A stretch of DNA of 64,000 bases from Candidatus Methylomirabilales bacterium (GCA_046758505.1 JBHIAH010000001.1:1-64000); one strand, 5' to 3'. Shown: positions 17,943 through 28,327, counted from the first letter of the stretch. Numbers and translations are program-made. The notes: generated by a model not told the origin, from the letters alone.

Positions 17943-18530
17943 TTACTTAACCGTGACAAAGTGGCCCCGGCGGTTCCACTTCCAGGCAGATTCGTCATGC
18001 CCAAGGACAAAGGGCCGCTCCTCGCCGTAGCTGATCGTCGACATCCGCTTGGCATCAACCCCCCCGGCCACCAGGAAGTTGCGGACTGCCTTGGCCCGGC
18101 GGTCCCCCAGCCCCAGATTGTACTCGTTGGTCCCCCGCTCATCGCAGTGCCCCTCGACCACGATGCGAACCTCAGGATTGGCCTTGAGCCACTCGATGTT
18201 GTTGTTCAGGGTCCTCTTGGCGTCGTCCCGGAGGATGGCCTTGTCAAAATCGAAGAAGACATCCTTCAATTGTGCCTCCGCCGACGGCTTCACGCCGGGC
18301 TGTGCAGGAGCCTCCACCATCGGCCCCGGCTTGGTGACCTGTTCCTGTCCCGTTGCGCCAGGGCCAGCCGCCGCCCCTGGGGCCCCTGTCTGCACTTCCG
18401 GCTTCTTGGGACAACCGGCCAAGAGCAGGGCCGCGGTGAGGAAAAGGACCGCACTCCACACGGTCCCCCGCCACCTGGCCATCGAAGAACCCACCCCTTG
18501 TCGCTGCACTTCTCTCTTTTCGCTCGGCAT
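17943..18530 (-). CDS. pal: Peptidoglycan-associated lipoprotein
   Basis: LAGC lipobox; FFDFDK, EGHCDERGTNEYNLGLGDRRA, SYGEERP. Confidence 0.95.
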   Translation of the reverse strand: MPSEKREVQRQGVGSSMARWRGTVWSAVLFLTAALLLAGCPKKPEVQTGAPGAAAGPGATGQEQVTKPGPMVEAPAQPGVKPSAEAQLKDVFFDFDKAILRDDAKRTLNNNIEWLKANPEVRIVVEGHCDERGTNEYNLGLGDRRAKAVRNFLVAGGVDAKRMSTISYGEERPFVLGHDESAWKWNRRGHFVTVK

Positions 18531-18591
18531 CCCATCCTCCTTTCTCTCTTTCTGTGGTGTGATCTCCCCTGTCCACAGCATCGACCGACCC

Positions 18592-19896
18592 TCAGGGCGA
18601 CCAGTCCGGTCCGAAGTTGTTGAAGGCATTTCGCGTAATGTGCCTCTGTCCCGATCCATCGGCGTGCATCACATAGACATCTTTGGTCCCGCGCCGGTTC
18701 GAGGTGAAGACCAGATGTCGCCCGTCACGCGACCAGGCGGGATCCTCGTTGGAGCCCAAAGTGGTCATCTGCTGAACCCCGGACCCATCCGGGTTCATCA
18801 GGTAGATTTGGAACCTGCCACCTCCCCGGTTGGACATGAACGCAATCTTATCGCCTCGCGGCGACCACCGGGGGGACGCGTTGTAATCCCCCGCAAAGGT
18901 CAGGCGCCGCAGATTGGTCCCCTCGACATCCATCACATAGATCTGGGGGGAGCCCCCGCGATCGGAGGTGAAGACAATCTGCCGACCGTTGGGAGAGAAG
19001 GAGGGAGAGACCGAAATCCCGAGGCCATTCGTGATGCGCCGAAGCCCCCGTCCCGTGGGCCGCATCAGGTACAGGTTCGTTCCCCCATCCTTGCTCAGGG
19101 AGAGCGCCAGCCACTTGCCGTCCGGGCCCCAGGCGGGGGAGATGTTCAACCCCGGCAAGGCCGAGACCTTATCCCGTCGTCCCGTCGCAAGGTTGAGGAG
19201 GTAGAGATCGGGATTCCCATCCCGATAGGAGGTATAGGCCAGCAGCCTCCCGTCGGGAGAGAAGCGCGGCGAGAGATTGATGGATCGGTTTCCCGTGGCC
19301 AGGACCGCGTTGTATCCGTCGTAGTCCATCAGATACAGTTCCGTCGCCCCCCGCTCGGCGCTGGCATAGGCGATCCGGGTCGAGGCAACGCCTGGCTCGC
19401 CGGTCAGGCGAAGGACCACCTCGTCGGCCAGCCTATGAACCATGGACCGCAGGGCCTTCACATCCCCGAAATAGCGCTTCCCCCCGAGAAAAGTCCCCCG
19501 GTTCACACTATAGACACGTCCCTCGAGAACCAGATCCTTCCCGCGCTTCGCCAGCTCCACCGCCACCAAGGCCTGAACCTGCAGCTGATTCAAAGACGGT
19601 AGAACCTTCTCCTCTTCCCCCAAGCGAATCTCTCTGCCATCAAACGGAAGAAAGGCGGGCGGCAGCACCTCGAAAATGGTTGAGAACTCCAAATCACCCG
19701 TGAGGATGGAGTGCGCCTGAGCCGCCAGATCCGGTCCCCTCGATATCAATCGGAAGGGAGGGAGTCCCACCACGGCGATGGGGATGCTTTGGACAATCGT
19801 CCGCGTCACCGTGATGTCCACTTCGGCCGACCCGATGACAGGGCGCAACCCGCCCCAGACGAGCAGGAGGACACAGGCCCGCCCGAGCCATCTCAT
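18592..19896 (-). CDS. tolB: TolB beta-propeller protein
   Basis: Signal peptide, IPIAVV N-domain, PD40 repeats (SPRFSPDG, SPAWGPDG). Confidence 0.95.
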   Translation of the reverse strand: MRWLGRACVLLLVWGGLRPVIGSAEVDITVTRTIVQSIPIAVVGLPPFRLISRGPDLAAQAHSILTGDLEFSTIFEVLPPAFLPFDGREIRLGEEEKVLPSLNQLQVQALVAVELAKRGKDLVLEGRVYSVNRGTFLGGKRYFGDVKALRSMVHRLADEVVLRLTGEPGVASTRIAYASAERGATELYLMDYDGYNAVLATGNRSINLSPRFSPDGRLLAYTSYRDGNPDLYLLNLATGRRDKVSALPGLNISPAWGPDGKWLALSLSKDGGTNLYLMRPTGRGLRRITNGLGISVSPSFSPNGRQIVFTSDRGGSPQIYVMDVEGTNLRRLTFAGDYNASPRWSPRGDKIAFMSNRGGGRFQIYLMNPDGSGVQQMTTLGSNEDPAWSRDGRHLVFTSNRRGTKDVYVMHADGSGQRHITRNAFNNFGPDWSP

Positions 19897-19900
19897 CCGA

Positions 19901-20704
19901 TTACTCACCGCGCAACTCAAAATGGAACCGCACCCGGAGCGTCTCCTCCGCAAAGAGGGGAGGGAACGGGGGAAGGGGAACCGACTCCTGGACCGCCCGC
20001 AAGGCGGATTGATCCAAAAAGATACTCTGCGAAGCGGTCAAGACCTGGATATCGCGAACGAGGCCCGATCGCAACACGGTAAATCCTACCGTCACCCGCT
20101 TCGCCTGACCCGGCGTGAGGACCACGGAGGGTTCAACCCACCGGCTGCTCACCTTGGCCTGAACCGCAGCCAGATAGTAACTCAAGGAGGGATCCGCCTT
20201 CTCGGTAGAGACGCTACTCTCCGCGACGACTCCCGGGGGGCCACTTTCCGGGCCGGCCGGCAGGGCCGCCGGAAGCGGCGCCTGGGCGACCGTCGGCGGC
20301 GCAGCCGACGATCGCGTCGCGGCAGGCTCGCGACCCCGAGGAGGCCGCCGGACCTTTCTCTGCTTCTTGGGAAGAGCGAGGGTCTCGGGGGAAGCCGGCG
20401 TGACCTCCGGCTTGGCCGGTGACCCCTTCACCTTCGGGGGTGGGGGGGACGGGGTGACCCGAGCCGACGCCTTCGGAGGTCGCGCCTGTATCGCCCGAGC
20501 CTTTTCGCGCGGCGCCGTCACCCTTCCACTCCGAGGAAGCTCCACCAGCGTCACTTTGTACGGCCCCGGCACCCGAAACGGCTGCGTATAGAGGGAGGGG
20601 GTGAGAAAGACCCCGGCGAAAACCAAAAAGTGCAGCACCAGGGAAAACGCCAGATTGACTGCAAACTCTCTCCCCTCCCCGCTCATCACCACGGGGTGTC
20701 CCAC
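19901..20704 (-). CDS. tolA: TolA/TonB family protein
   Basis: N-terminal TM with SxxxH, Pro-rich linker, TonB-like C-domain; lies between tolR and tolB. Confidence 0.8.
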   Translation of the reverse strand: MGHPVVMSGEGREFAVNLAFSLVLHFLVFAGVFLTPSLYTQPFRVPGPYKVTLVELPRSGRVTAPREKARAIQARPPKASARVTPSPPPPKVKGSPAKPEVTPASPETLALPKKQRKVRRPPRGREPAATRSSAAPPTVAQAPLPAALPAGPESGPPGVVAESSVSTEKADPSLSYYLAAVQAKVSSRWVEPSVVLTPGQAKRVTVGFTVLRSGLVRDIQVLTASQSIFLDQSALRAVQESVPLPPFPPLFAEETLRVRFHFELRGE

Positions 20705-20707
20705 CCC

Positions 20708-21142
20708 CTACCGCCTTCTCTCCCGAGGATGCACGGGTTCGGTCACCATGCCCAGCCGATCGATCCCAGCCTTCTTCACCACATCCATTACCTGAACGAC
20801 CACCCCGTAGGCAACCTTTTCGTCAGCCCTCAGGAAGACCGCCGCCCGGGGATTCCGCTTCTTGAGGCCGGTCAGGACCTTCTGGAGCCGGCCCAGCGTG
20901 ATCTGTTGATCATCCAAATAGATCGCCTTGTTCTTGGTGACCGTCAAGACCAGGCGCTCTTCCGGACGGACGTTCCTGGTCTCCGTCCGCGGAACCTGGA
21001 CATCGATCCCCCGGATCATCATGGGGGCGGTGATCATGAAGATAACGAGGAGCACCAACATGACATCCACTAATGGGGTGACGTTGATCTCTGAGAGGGC
21101 GCCCCCCAGTCGTTGCTCCGATGTGGGGAGGTGCGCACTCAT
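20708..21142 (-). CDS. tolR: TolR
   Basis: EINVTPLVDVMLVLLVIFMITAP. Confidence 0.95.
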   Translation of the reverse strand: MSAHLPTSEQRLGGALSEINVTPLVDVMLVLLVIFMITAPMMIRGIDVQVPRTETRNVRPEERLVLTVTKNKAIYLDDQQITLGRLQKVLTGLKKRNPRAAVFLRADEKVAYGVVVQVMDVVKKAGIDRLGMVTEPVHPRERRR

Positions 21143-21852
21143 CGTCCCACCGCGAGCCGTTCCGCCAAGCCCAGAAACTCCATGGCAAACAGATCCAACC
21201 GGGTCCCGATCCCGCGGATCCGATTTACAAAGTGGTTATAGGCGATGACCGCCGGAATCGCCGCAGCGAGGCCGGCGGCGGTGGCGATCAGGGCCTCGGC
21301 GATTCCCGGGGCAACCGCCCCGAGATTGGCGGAGCCCGCCGCCCCGATCCCCACGAAGGCATCGATAATCCCCCAGACTGTGCCGAACAGGCCGATGAAG
21401 GGGGTCACGCTTCCGGTCGTCGCCAGGAAGATGAGGCGGCGCTCCATGTGGGAGAGCTCCTTCAGGCTGGTATGCCTGAGCGTCCGGCCGATCCCCTCCA
21501 GAATCACCCCACTCCGTTCCGGCGGCAGGGCCAGCGCTGCCCCCCCCGGATTCCCACCGGCGTGCGGGTTTCCCTTGGCGTGATAACTGAGTTCCCGGAA
21601 TCCTTCGCGAAAGAGCGCCGCCACCGGGGAGTCGGGATACCGCCTGGTCTCCTCGTACATCGCATTCAGGTTCTTGGAGGCGCGAAAGATGCGGAGGAAT
21701 TCGTCCGATTCCCGCTCGGCCTTCCGAAGAGTCCTCAGCTTCACGAAAATGATAGCCCAGGAGGCGATGGAGAAAAAGAGGAGAACAACAAGGACCGCCT
21801 TGGCGACCGGCCCCGCCTCCAACACGAGCTGTAAGACACTAATGCCGCTCAT
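21139..21852 (-). CDS. tolQ: TolQ
   Basis: PFIGLFGTVWGI, APGIAEALIATAAGL. Confidence 0.95.
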   Translation of the reverse strand: MSGISVLQLVLEAGPVAKAVLVVLLFFSIASWAIIFVKLRTLRKAERESDEFLRIFRASKNLNAMYEETRRYPDSPVAALFREGFRELSYHAKGNPHAGGNPGGAALALPPERSGVILEGIGRTLRHTSLKELSHMERRLIFLATTGSVTPFIGLFGTVWGIIDAFVGIGAAGSANLGAVAPGIAEALIATAAGLAAAIPAVIAYNHFVNRIRGIGTRLDLFAMEFLGLAERLAVGR

Positions 21853-21861
21853 ACGGTCTCA

Positions 21862-21890
21862 TCTATAGCATGGTCCCCTGGGGGCGTCAA
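21862..21890 (-). promoter_or_regulatory. Sigma-70 promoter of tolQ with a very short leader
   Basis: TTGACG-N17-TATAGA with extended -10 TG, about 10 nt before the ATG. Confidence 0.55.
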
Positions 21891-22052
21891 GCAATAGTCC
21901 CGGCACATTCCTTTGCTGCGCGGGCACCTGGAGTGCCTGCGAGACCCCGGTGGCCCGGCAGAAGGCATTCGGACTGCAGGAATGTGAGACCGCCCCGTCG
22001 AGAGAGTGGCTTACTATGCGTGAAGGGGTGCGGGCCAGCCCCCTGGCGTGCG

Positions 22053-22220
22053 TTAGGCCGCCTCTTTGTGTTTGGCGCGGGCCGATGGATTCTTTTGCGT
22101 GGATGACTTTGCCGCCTCGGGAACCGAAGGCTCCCGGCGGGCCCGCCGCTTGAGGCTCGATTGGATCGTTCGGAGCTCCCTGTCCCCGAACCCTCCTTCA
22201 TTCCTGAACACCCTGTGCAT
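22053..22220 (-). CDS. 55-aa small protein (below the ORF-track cutoff)
   Basis: GGGGAGG 7 nt before the ATG; sigma-54 promoter directly upstream. Confidence 0.55.
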   Translation of the reverse strand: MHRVFRNEGGFGDRELRTIQSSLKRRARREPSVPEAAKSSTQKNPSARAKHKEAA

Positions 22221-22266
22221 TCGTCCGCCTCCCCTGAGAGATACTGCTAGCCCGAGTGCCGGTTAA

Positions 22267-22282
22267 AGCAACAATCGTGCCA
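22267..22282 (-). promoter_or_regulatory. Sigma-54 (-24/-12) promoter
   Basis: TGGCACGATTGTTGCT, GG-N10-GC. Confidence 0.8.
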
Positions 22283-22404
22283 GCGCTGGCCCTAGGCTCC
22301 CTCTTCATCAACAGTTAGACACCTCTCGTCCCCAAAAGTTCCGCCCCCCAGGAGGGCTGTCGCCCGTCGCCACCCTGATGCCCACGCCCGCCGGCCCCCC
22401 TCCG

Positions 22405-22433
22405 TTGACAACCCCCGACCCCTCTGTTACTCT
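22405..22433 (+). promoter_or_regulatory. Sigma-70 promoter of bshC
   Basis: TTGACA-N17-TACTCT with extended -10 TG. Confidence 0.7.
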
Positions 22434-22490
22434 CAAAAATCAAAATTTATCCGGCAACACAGCACCAGAGTCGCACACAGGGACGCCACA

Positions 22491-24152
22491 ATGCACGGAT
22501 TCCGCTTCGACACCATCGACGCCGCCTCGCTGCCGCGCGTTCATCCCATTTTTCGGGACTATCTGAAGGGGACGCCTGCCCTCCGCGAATTCTACCGATG
22601 GGACCCTCGCGAGCCGCAGGAGAAGCTTTTACACTGCCTGGCCCGGCGGAGCTATCCCCGGGACCAACTTGCCACCATCCTCCGGGACCAGAATCGGGCC
22701 TGGGGGGCAAGTGAGTCCCTCCTTGAAAGCATCGCACGCCTCCGCGACCCCCGCGCGATAACGGTAATAACGGGCCAGCAGGTCGGATTATTCGGAGGTC
22801 CCCTCTACACCCTGTACAAGGCTCTGACGGCGGTGACGGTCGCCCGCCAAGTGGAGTCCCAGTGGCAGATTCCCTGCCTCCCTCTCTTCTCCATGGCCTC
22901 GGAGGACACCGATTTTGCCGAGATCGACCACCTTGCCATGCCCGACCACCAGGACCAGGCCGCACTCATCCGCTACGCCCCGGACCAAGGCTTCGGAACC
23001 GACCTTCCGGTGACCCACACGCTCACCCCAAAGATCAAGCAGGCCGTCGCCGCCCTGGAGCAGGCGGCCGGGCCAGGCCGGCTTCAGGAGAGGGTGCTGA
23101 CGCTGCTTCGCGACTGTTACCAGCCCGGGGCAACGCTGGTCTCGGCCTTTGGCCGGCTGTTGAGCGCTCTCCTCGGGGAGCGAGGTCTCATCGTGGTAGA
23201 TCCTTCCGATCCGCGACTCAAGGCCTTGGCCCGCCCCCTCTTCCTCCGGGAGGTCGGCACGGCTCCCACCTCGGCGGGGCAGGTTCAGAGCGCCTGGGAC
23301 AAGCTCCGGGGACTCGGATACCCCCCTCGGGTCCGTCTCCGGGGGGAAGGTCCGAACCTTTTCTACGTCCACGAGGGGCGGTGGCCCCTCAAAAAAGCCG
23401 GCGACCGCGGGCAGCTTGTTGCCGGCGCAAAGCGATGGCGAGACGGGCAAGAACTCCAGCATCTCGTGGAGGAGACACCGGAGCGCTTCAGCCCCAATGT
23501 GGTACTCCGCCCCCTGGTGCACAGCTTCCTCTTCCCGACGCTCGTCCAGGTGGGCGGGCCTCACGAGATTGCCTACTTCGCCCAGCTCCGAGGGGTCTTT
23601 GACCACTTCGATATTCCGATGCCCTTCCTCCTCCCGCGGGCGAGCCTCACCATCGTGGAGGGACGGATCGAGCGACTCCTCAAGAAGCACGATCTGACCT
23701 TCCTGGCCCTCCAGGAAGATCCCGAACGGGTCGTGACCCAGGTTCTTCACCGCTCTCTCCCCAGGAGCTTCGTGGGGAAACAACAGCGGATCCGGCGGAC
23801 GATCCTCAAGAATTTCGCGGAACTCAAAATGCTGGTCTCGTCCCTCGATTCCACCCTGACCCCCCGCGTGGGCGGCGTCGAGGGGGTGGTGAAGAAACAG
23901 ATGGACGAGATGGAGCGACTCCTCCTTCGGTCCTTCAAGCGGCGCAACCAGGAAGTCCGTACCCAGGTGCTCCGGGTCCTGGCCCACCTCATGCCCGGGG
24001 GAGAACTCCAGGAGCGCGCGTACGGCTTCATCCCGTACCTCTGCCATCACGGCCTCCCCCTCACAGACCTGATCGCCGCGGCCGTTGACGGGCCCGGATG
24101 GGAGCACCGGGTCCTCTATGTGGCCGCATCGCGCACGACCGATGACCAATGA
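22491..24152 (+). CDS. bshC: Bacillithiol biosynthesis cysteine-adding enzyme
   Basis: TGQQVGLFGGPLYTLYKA, SEDTDFAEIDH, FSPNVVLRPL, GGPHEIAYFAQ, LQER. Confidence 0.93.
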   Translation: MHGFRFDTIDAASLPRVHPIFRDYLKGTPALREFYRWDPREPQEKLLHCLARRSYPRDQLATILRDQNRAWGASESLLESIARLRDPRAITVITGQQVGLFGGPLYTLYKALTAVTVARQVESQWQIPCLPLFSMASEDTDFAEIDHLAMPDHQDQAALIRYAPDQGFGTDLPVTHTLTPKIKQAVAALEQAAGPGRLQERVLTLLRDCYQPGATLVSAFGRLLSALLGERGLIVVDPSDPRLKALARPLFLREVGTAPTSAGQVQSAWDKLRGLGYPPRVRLRGEGPNLFYVHEGRWPLKKAGDRGQLVAGAKRWRDGQELQHLVEETPERFSPNVVLRPLVHSFLFPTLVQVGGPHEIAYFAQLRGVFDHFDIPMPFLLPRASLTIVEGRIERLLKKHDLTFLALQEDPERVVTQVLHRSLPRSFVGKQQRIRRTILKNFAELKMLVSSLDSTLTPRVGGVEGVVKKQMDEMERLLLRSFKRRNQEVRTQVLRVLAHLMPGGELQERAYGFIPYLCHHGLPLTDLIAAAVDGPGWEHRVLYVAASRTTDDQ

Positions 24153-24411
24153 CCGATGACCGAAGTGGCTAAGGGCGAGGAGGGGGTTCCTTCCGAGGCC
24201 GGCGACGTCTGGCTTGCGTCGGCCGGGGTCCCGCCGCCGGAGCGCAGCGCAGGTGGGGGTGGCCCGCATTGGCGAATGTCAACGCCTCGGCATGCGTAAC
24301 GCTGCCTCCGCGCATCACGCCCTCGGAGAATAATGGCGCCGCCGAGGAAGGTCCCTCCGAGCCATTAGTCGTCCGTCGAACATCGATCACCAGTCGCTGA
24401 TTGGACTTCCT

Positions 24412-25569
24412 ATGAGGATCGGTATCACCTGCTACCCCACGTACGGGGGAAGCGGCGCCATCGCCGCCGAGCTGGGGATCCAGCTCAGCCAACGGGGCCA
24501 CCAGGTCCACTTTGTCAGCTACGCCCTCCCCTTCCGCCTCCCGACGTTCCAGCAAGACATCTTCTTTCACCAGGTGGAGACGATGTCCTACCCCCTCTTC
24601 GAGCATGCCCCCTATACCATTACCTTGGCGGCCAAGATGGCGGATGTGGCGCAGGCAGAAGGGTTGGACCTGCTGCACGTCCACTATGCCATCCCGCATG
24701 CCGTCTCCGCCTTCCTGGCCCGAGAGGCGGTGGGGGGTCGACTGAAGGTCCTGACCACGCTCCACGGGACCGATATCACCCTCGTGGGGATCGATCCGTC
24801 CCTGCGCTCGATCACCCGGCTCGCCATCGACACGAGCGACCGGGTCACTGCCGTCTCGTCCTACCTGGAGCAGCGAACCCGCGAGACCCTCCAGCCCAGC
24901 CGCCCCATCCGGGTCATCCCGAACTTTGTAGACAGCTCCCGATTCCTTCCCGGACGGGAGGAACGGACCCGGAACCGTTTCGCCCACTCGGGCGAGCGAA
25001 TCCTCCTGCACCTGAGCAACTTCCGCCCCGTCAAGCGCGTCACCGACGTCATCCGGATATTTGCCAGGGTCCGCCAGGAGATTCCGGCGAAGCTTCTCAT
25101 GGTGGGGGACGGCGTGGAGCGCCCCACGGCCCAGCACCTGACCCGAGAGCTGAATATCGAGAAAGAGGTTGTCTTCCTGAGCCGTCAGGAAGACATCCCC
25201 GGACTCATGAAGGTCGCCGATCTCTTCCTGCTCCCGAGCGAACTGGAGTCTTTCGGGCTGGCGGCCCTCGAGGCCATGAGCTGCGGGGTCCCGGTCATCG
25301 CCAGTCGGGTGGGCGGTCTTCTCGAGCTGATCGAGGACGGGGTGAGCGGAATGTTGTATCACGTGGGAGACGTGGAGGGAATGGCCCAGGCAGCCCTCCG
25401 GGTGCTCACGGACGACGCCCACCACCATCGAGTGGCGCAGGCAGCCCGCCAACGGGTCCTCGACCACTTCGACGCCGCCCGCATCATCCCCGAGTACGAG
25501 GCCCTCTACCAAGAGGTTCTCGCGTGCGAGTCTCCCCCGCCCTTCCGACCAACGTCCGATGACCGATAA
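24412..25569 (+). CDS. bshA: N-acetyl-alpha-D-glucosaminyl L-malate synthase
   Basis: [53 protein letters not shown]. Confidence 0.95.
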   Translation: MRIGITCYPTYGGSGAIAAELGIQLSQRGHQVHFVSYALPFRLPTFQQDIFFHQVETMSYPLFEHAPYTITLAAKMADVAQAEGLDLLHVHYAIPHAVSAFLAREAVGGRLKVLTTLHGTDITLVGIDPSLRSITRLAIDTSDRVTAVSSYLEQRTRETLQPSRPIRVIPNFVDSSRFLPGREERTRNRFAHSGERILLHLSNFRPVKRVTDVIRIFARVRQEIPAKLLMVGDGVERPTAQHLTRELNIEKEVVFLSRQEDIPGLMKVADLFLLPSELESFGLAALEAMSCGVPVIASRVGGLLELIEDGVSGMLYHVGDVEGMAQAALRVLTDDAHHHRVAQAARQRVLDHFDAARIIPEYEALYQEVLACESPPPFRPTSDDR

Positions 25570-25614
25570 GATGAGGCACCATCCCGCAAGACGCCCTCAC
25601 AAGAGGAGGTCCCA

Positions 25615-26028
25615 ATGATCGGCCAACCCCGGAGCGCGTATCAAAGCCTTGCCCTGACCCTCCTGCGGATGATGACCGGCTTTCTCTTCATACCGCACGG
25701 CGCGCAGAAACTGTTTGGCCTGTTTGGGGGATTCGGGGGGCATCCGGGTGAGACGGCACCGCTCTTCTCGCTGCTTGGGCTCGCGGGCACTCTGGAATTT
25801 TTCGGTGGGCTGGCCATCCTCCTCGGCCTCTTCACGCGGCCGGTAGCCTTCATCCTTTCGGGGCTTATGGCGGTCGCCTACTTTACGGCACATGCCCCCA
25901 AGGGATTCTTGCCCCTCCTGAATCGGGGCGAGCTTGCGGCCCTGTACACCTTTGTGTTTCTCTTCATGGCCACGGCCGGCGGAGGCAGCTTCAGCATCGA
26001 CGGACTACTCCACAGGCGAAAAAGGTGA
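25615..26028 (+). CDS. DoxX family membrane protein
   Basis: LR...HGAQKLFG, EFFGG...GLFTR, NRGELA. Confidence 0.9.
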   Translation: MIGQPRSAYQSLALTLLRMMTGFLFIPHGAQKLFGLFGGFGGHPGETAPLFSLLGLAGTLEFFGGLAILLGLFTRPVAFILSGLMAVAYFTAHAPKGFLPLLNRGELAALYTFVFLFMATAGGGSFSIDGLLHRRKR

Positions 26029-26331
26029 AAGCGCACACCGACCCGCGCGGCGAGTCGTCTCCATACTTCAGGTTTCCCCGGCAGAAGCAAAGTGGCTTTT
26101 CCCTAGACCACGGCAGCCCTCGAGCCGGGTGGTCTCTGGGGTACGCGCTGTTCGCAAGAGGAAACGCCTCTCCGGGGTGGGTCGAGCCCGACGTGGGCGA
26201 GTGCCTTTCACCGAGGGAACACAACCGCCGACGCTTTCGACCCTATTTCGCCTTGGCACACAGCTTGCACCAGTCGCGGCTTCGGGAAGGGACGGTCATT
26301 GAAGGCAAAGTCTCATTCCCACCGTATGCAC

Positions 26332-27771
26332 ATGAAACGCCGAACACAACGCATCTACTGCACTCTGTTGTTACTCTGCTCTCACGCCAGCATCGTCTAC
26401 GGCAACGAGTGGGCGGAGACGATTGAGCGGTTAAAGCCAACCGTCGTCAACCTTGAAGTCACCATCCAAGCGAACATAGGCTTAGATAAACCCGGGACAT
26501 GGCTTGGGACGGGTTTCATTGTCGACGCAACGCGTGGAATCATTGCGACCAACCGACACCTCACCTCGACGAGTCCCGCCCATATAAAAATCACCTTCAT
26601 TAATGGAAGCTCGACGGAAGGAAGACTCCTCTACTACGACTATTATCACGATTTTGCCTTTATCCGATTTGATCCATCGTCAGTCGCCCTTAGCCTGAAA
26701 GAGCCAACGCTCGGGTCTTCATTTGATTTGAAGCCGCAACAAACCGTTTTGCTCATAGGCAATAACGAACGAGAGGAATATTCAGTCAAAATAGGTATGG
26801 TTGTCAATTCGTGCGTGGACAAAGGCGACCGCCGTTCTTCCACCATCCACACAACGTTCGATAGAACAGGCGGTTCGAGTGGATCTCCCGTTTTTGATGA
26901 AAACGAACGGGTAATAGGCATTCATTTTGCCGGCACGAACACGTCAAGCTTTGAACTGCCCATCGAGTATCTCACGGATTCCCTCCGCAGAATCCAGAAT
27001 GGCGAACCACCCCAGCGGGGCGATATCGGGGTTCAACTTGGCTACGTGAATCTCGATGACGCCATAAAGTACGTCGGTATTAGCGATGACTACCGACACC
27101 TCTACAAGCGCAAGTTTCCCAACTCCACAAAAGTCATCCAGGTGCAAAGAACCATCCCCGCTTCTCCGGCGCAATATGCGCTCAAACCTGGTGACATTCT
27201 CTGGTCGGTTGGAGATCAGCTGATCGGTGACAACTTGTACCTCTTTGACAAGCTATTGAATCGCCACGTCGGTCGGACGGTGACGTTTACTGTCTTACGG
27301 CGGACGGATGCGGTCATTGTCGAGCTTCCCGTGCGGGACCTGGAACGGCAAAAAACTAAGAAATTTGTCCTCTTTGGTGGGGGAACGTTTCAAGATATTA
27401 CGACCGAATTCAGGAGAAAGCTTAATTATGGTAGCGACGGTGTGTTTATGAACAGCGTACAGATCGGAAGCGCGTTTTCCCCGCTCGGAGTCTACGACCA
27501 AAAGGATCCCACCACCAGACGAGTGATCATCAAAGAGCTGGACGGAAAACGCATTCGGGACTTGGATGATTTTATCAACGCAGCCCAGGGCATCACGACC
27601 GGAACATATACGACCGTGATATACCAGGATTTATTCGATGTGAATACCGCGCCCAAAGTCATGTATACTTCCTTCGATTTGATGATCAGCAAGCTGAGGG
27701 TTTTCGACTTAAACGATGATACGGGAAATTGGCAAGAGACGAAGTTAGGATTTACCGTGGCGCATCCCTGA
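26332..27771 (+). CDS. Trypsin-like serine protease with PDZ domains, Nma111/Deg7-like
   Basis: GTGFIVD...TNRH, HDFAF, GGSSGSPV catalytic triad; PDZ SPA...LKPGDIL; probable signal peptide. Confidence 0.85.
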   Translation: MKRRTQRIYCTLLLLCSHASIVYGNEWAETIERLKPTVVNLEVTIQANIGLDKPGTWLGTGFIVDATRGIIATNRHLTSTSPAHIKITFINGSSTEGRLLYYDYYHDFAFIRFDPSSVALSLKEPTLGSSFDLKPQQTVLLIGNNEREEYSVKIGMVVNSCVDKGDRRSSTIHTTFDRTGGSSGSPVFDENERVIGIHFAGTNTSSFELPIEYLTDSLRRIQNGEPPQRGDIGVQLGYVNLDDAIKYVGISDDYRHLYKRKFPNSTKVIQVQRTIPASPAQYALKPGDILWSVGDQLIGDNLYLFDKLLNRHVGRTVTFTVLRRTDAVIVELPVRDLERQKTKKFVLFGGGTFQDITTEFRRKLNYGSDGVFMNSVQIGSAFSPLGVYDQKDPTTRRVIIKELDGKRIRDLDDFINAAQGITTGTYTTVIYQDLFDVNTAPKVMYTSFDLMISKLRVFDLNDDTGNWQETKLGFTVAHP

Positions 27772-27814
27772 GCTCCACGTGACCGTCACGCAGATTGAGG
27801 AATCACCGAATGAG

Positions 27815-27841
27815 AAAGGGGAGGACCTTTGCCCTCCCCTT
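27815..27841. terminator. Hairpin terminator between convergent genes
   Basis: AAGGGGAGG/CCTCCCCTT stem. Confidence 0.65.
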
Positions 27842-27855
27842 CCGGGATGAGCCGA

Positions 27856-28125
27856 TTACATCCTCTTGTGCATCTCGACCTTCACCCCAAGCTTCTCCAG
27901 GCCCTGCGTCAGCTTGGAAACGGCCTCATCGTTCTTGCCCTGCTTGTGCAGCGTGATCCCCTCTTGACAAAGCTTTGCGGCTTCTTTGTTCGGAGTCCTG
28001 CTCAGTTGGTTCTGGCACTGTTGGGAAAGCTTCGCGGCCTGCTGGGCCTGCCCTGCCCAGGCGGCCGGGACTACCGCGAGGCCGAGGACGGTCGCTACAA
28101 TAATTGGAAGTGTAACCATCTTCAT
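27856..28125 (-). CDS. Small secreted helical protein (89 aa, two Cys)
   Basis: RBS AAGGAG; signal peptide ending AWA. Confidence 0.75.
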   Translation of the reverse strand: MKMVTLPIIVATVLGLAVVPAAWAGQAQQAAKLSQQCQNQLSRTPNKEAAKLCQEGITLHKQGKNDEAVSKLTQGLEKLGVKVEMHKRM

Positions 28126-28327
28126 CTCGATCTCCTTCCTGAGAAAAAAGTGAGCGCCTCTCTCCTTCCGTCTTGACATGTACCGTTTTTTCTTCGCCCC
28201 GTCACCCCCTTTCCACGTCGGGTCCCCGCGACCCTCCGCGGGCCCGCCGACGGCCGGCCACGCTGTCCGTCTCGTCGGCCGGCGCACCCTTCCGAAGCCT
28301 CCTCCCCTCCTCATGAAGTTGAGAAAA

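Noticed and set aside
21901..21917. Sigma-54-like CGGCAC...TTGC (similar motif at 48603)
   Set aside because: GG-to-GC spacing is 11 rather than the required 10.
26025..26300. ORF between doxX and the protease
   Set aside because: No recognisable motif or coding bias; the full ORF overlaps the protease start.
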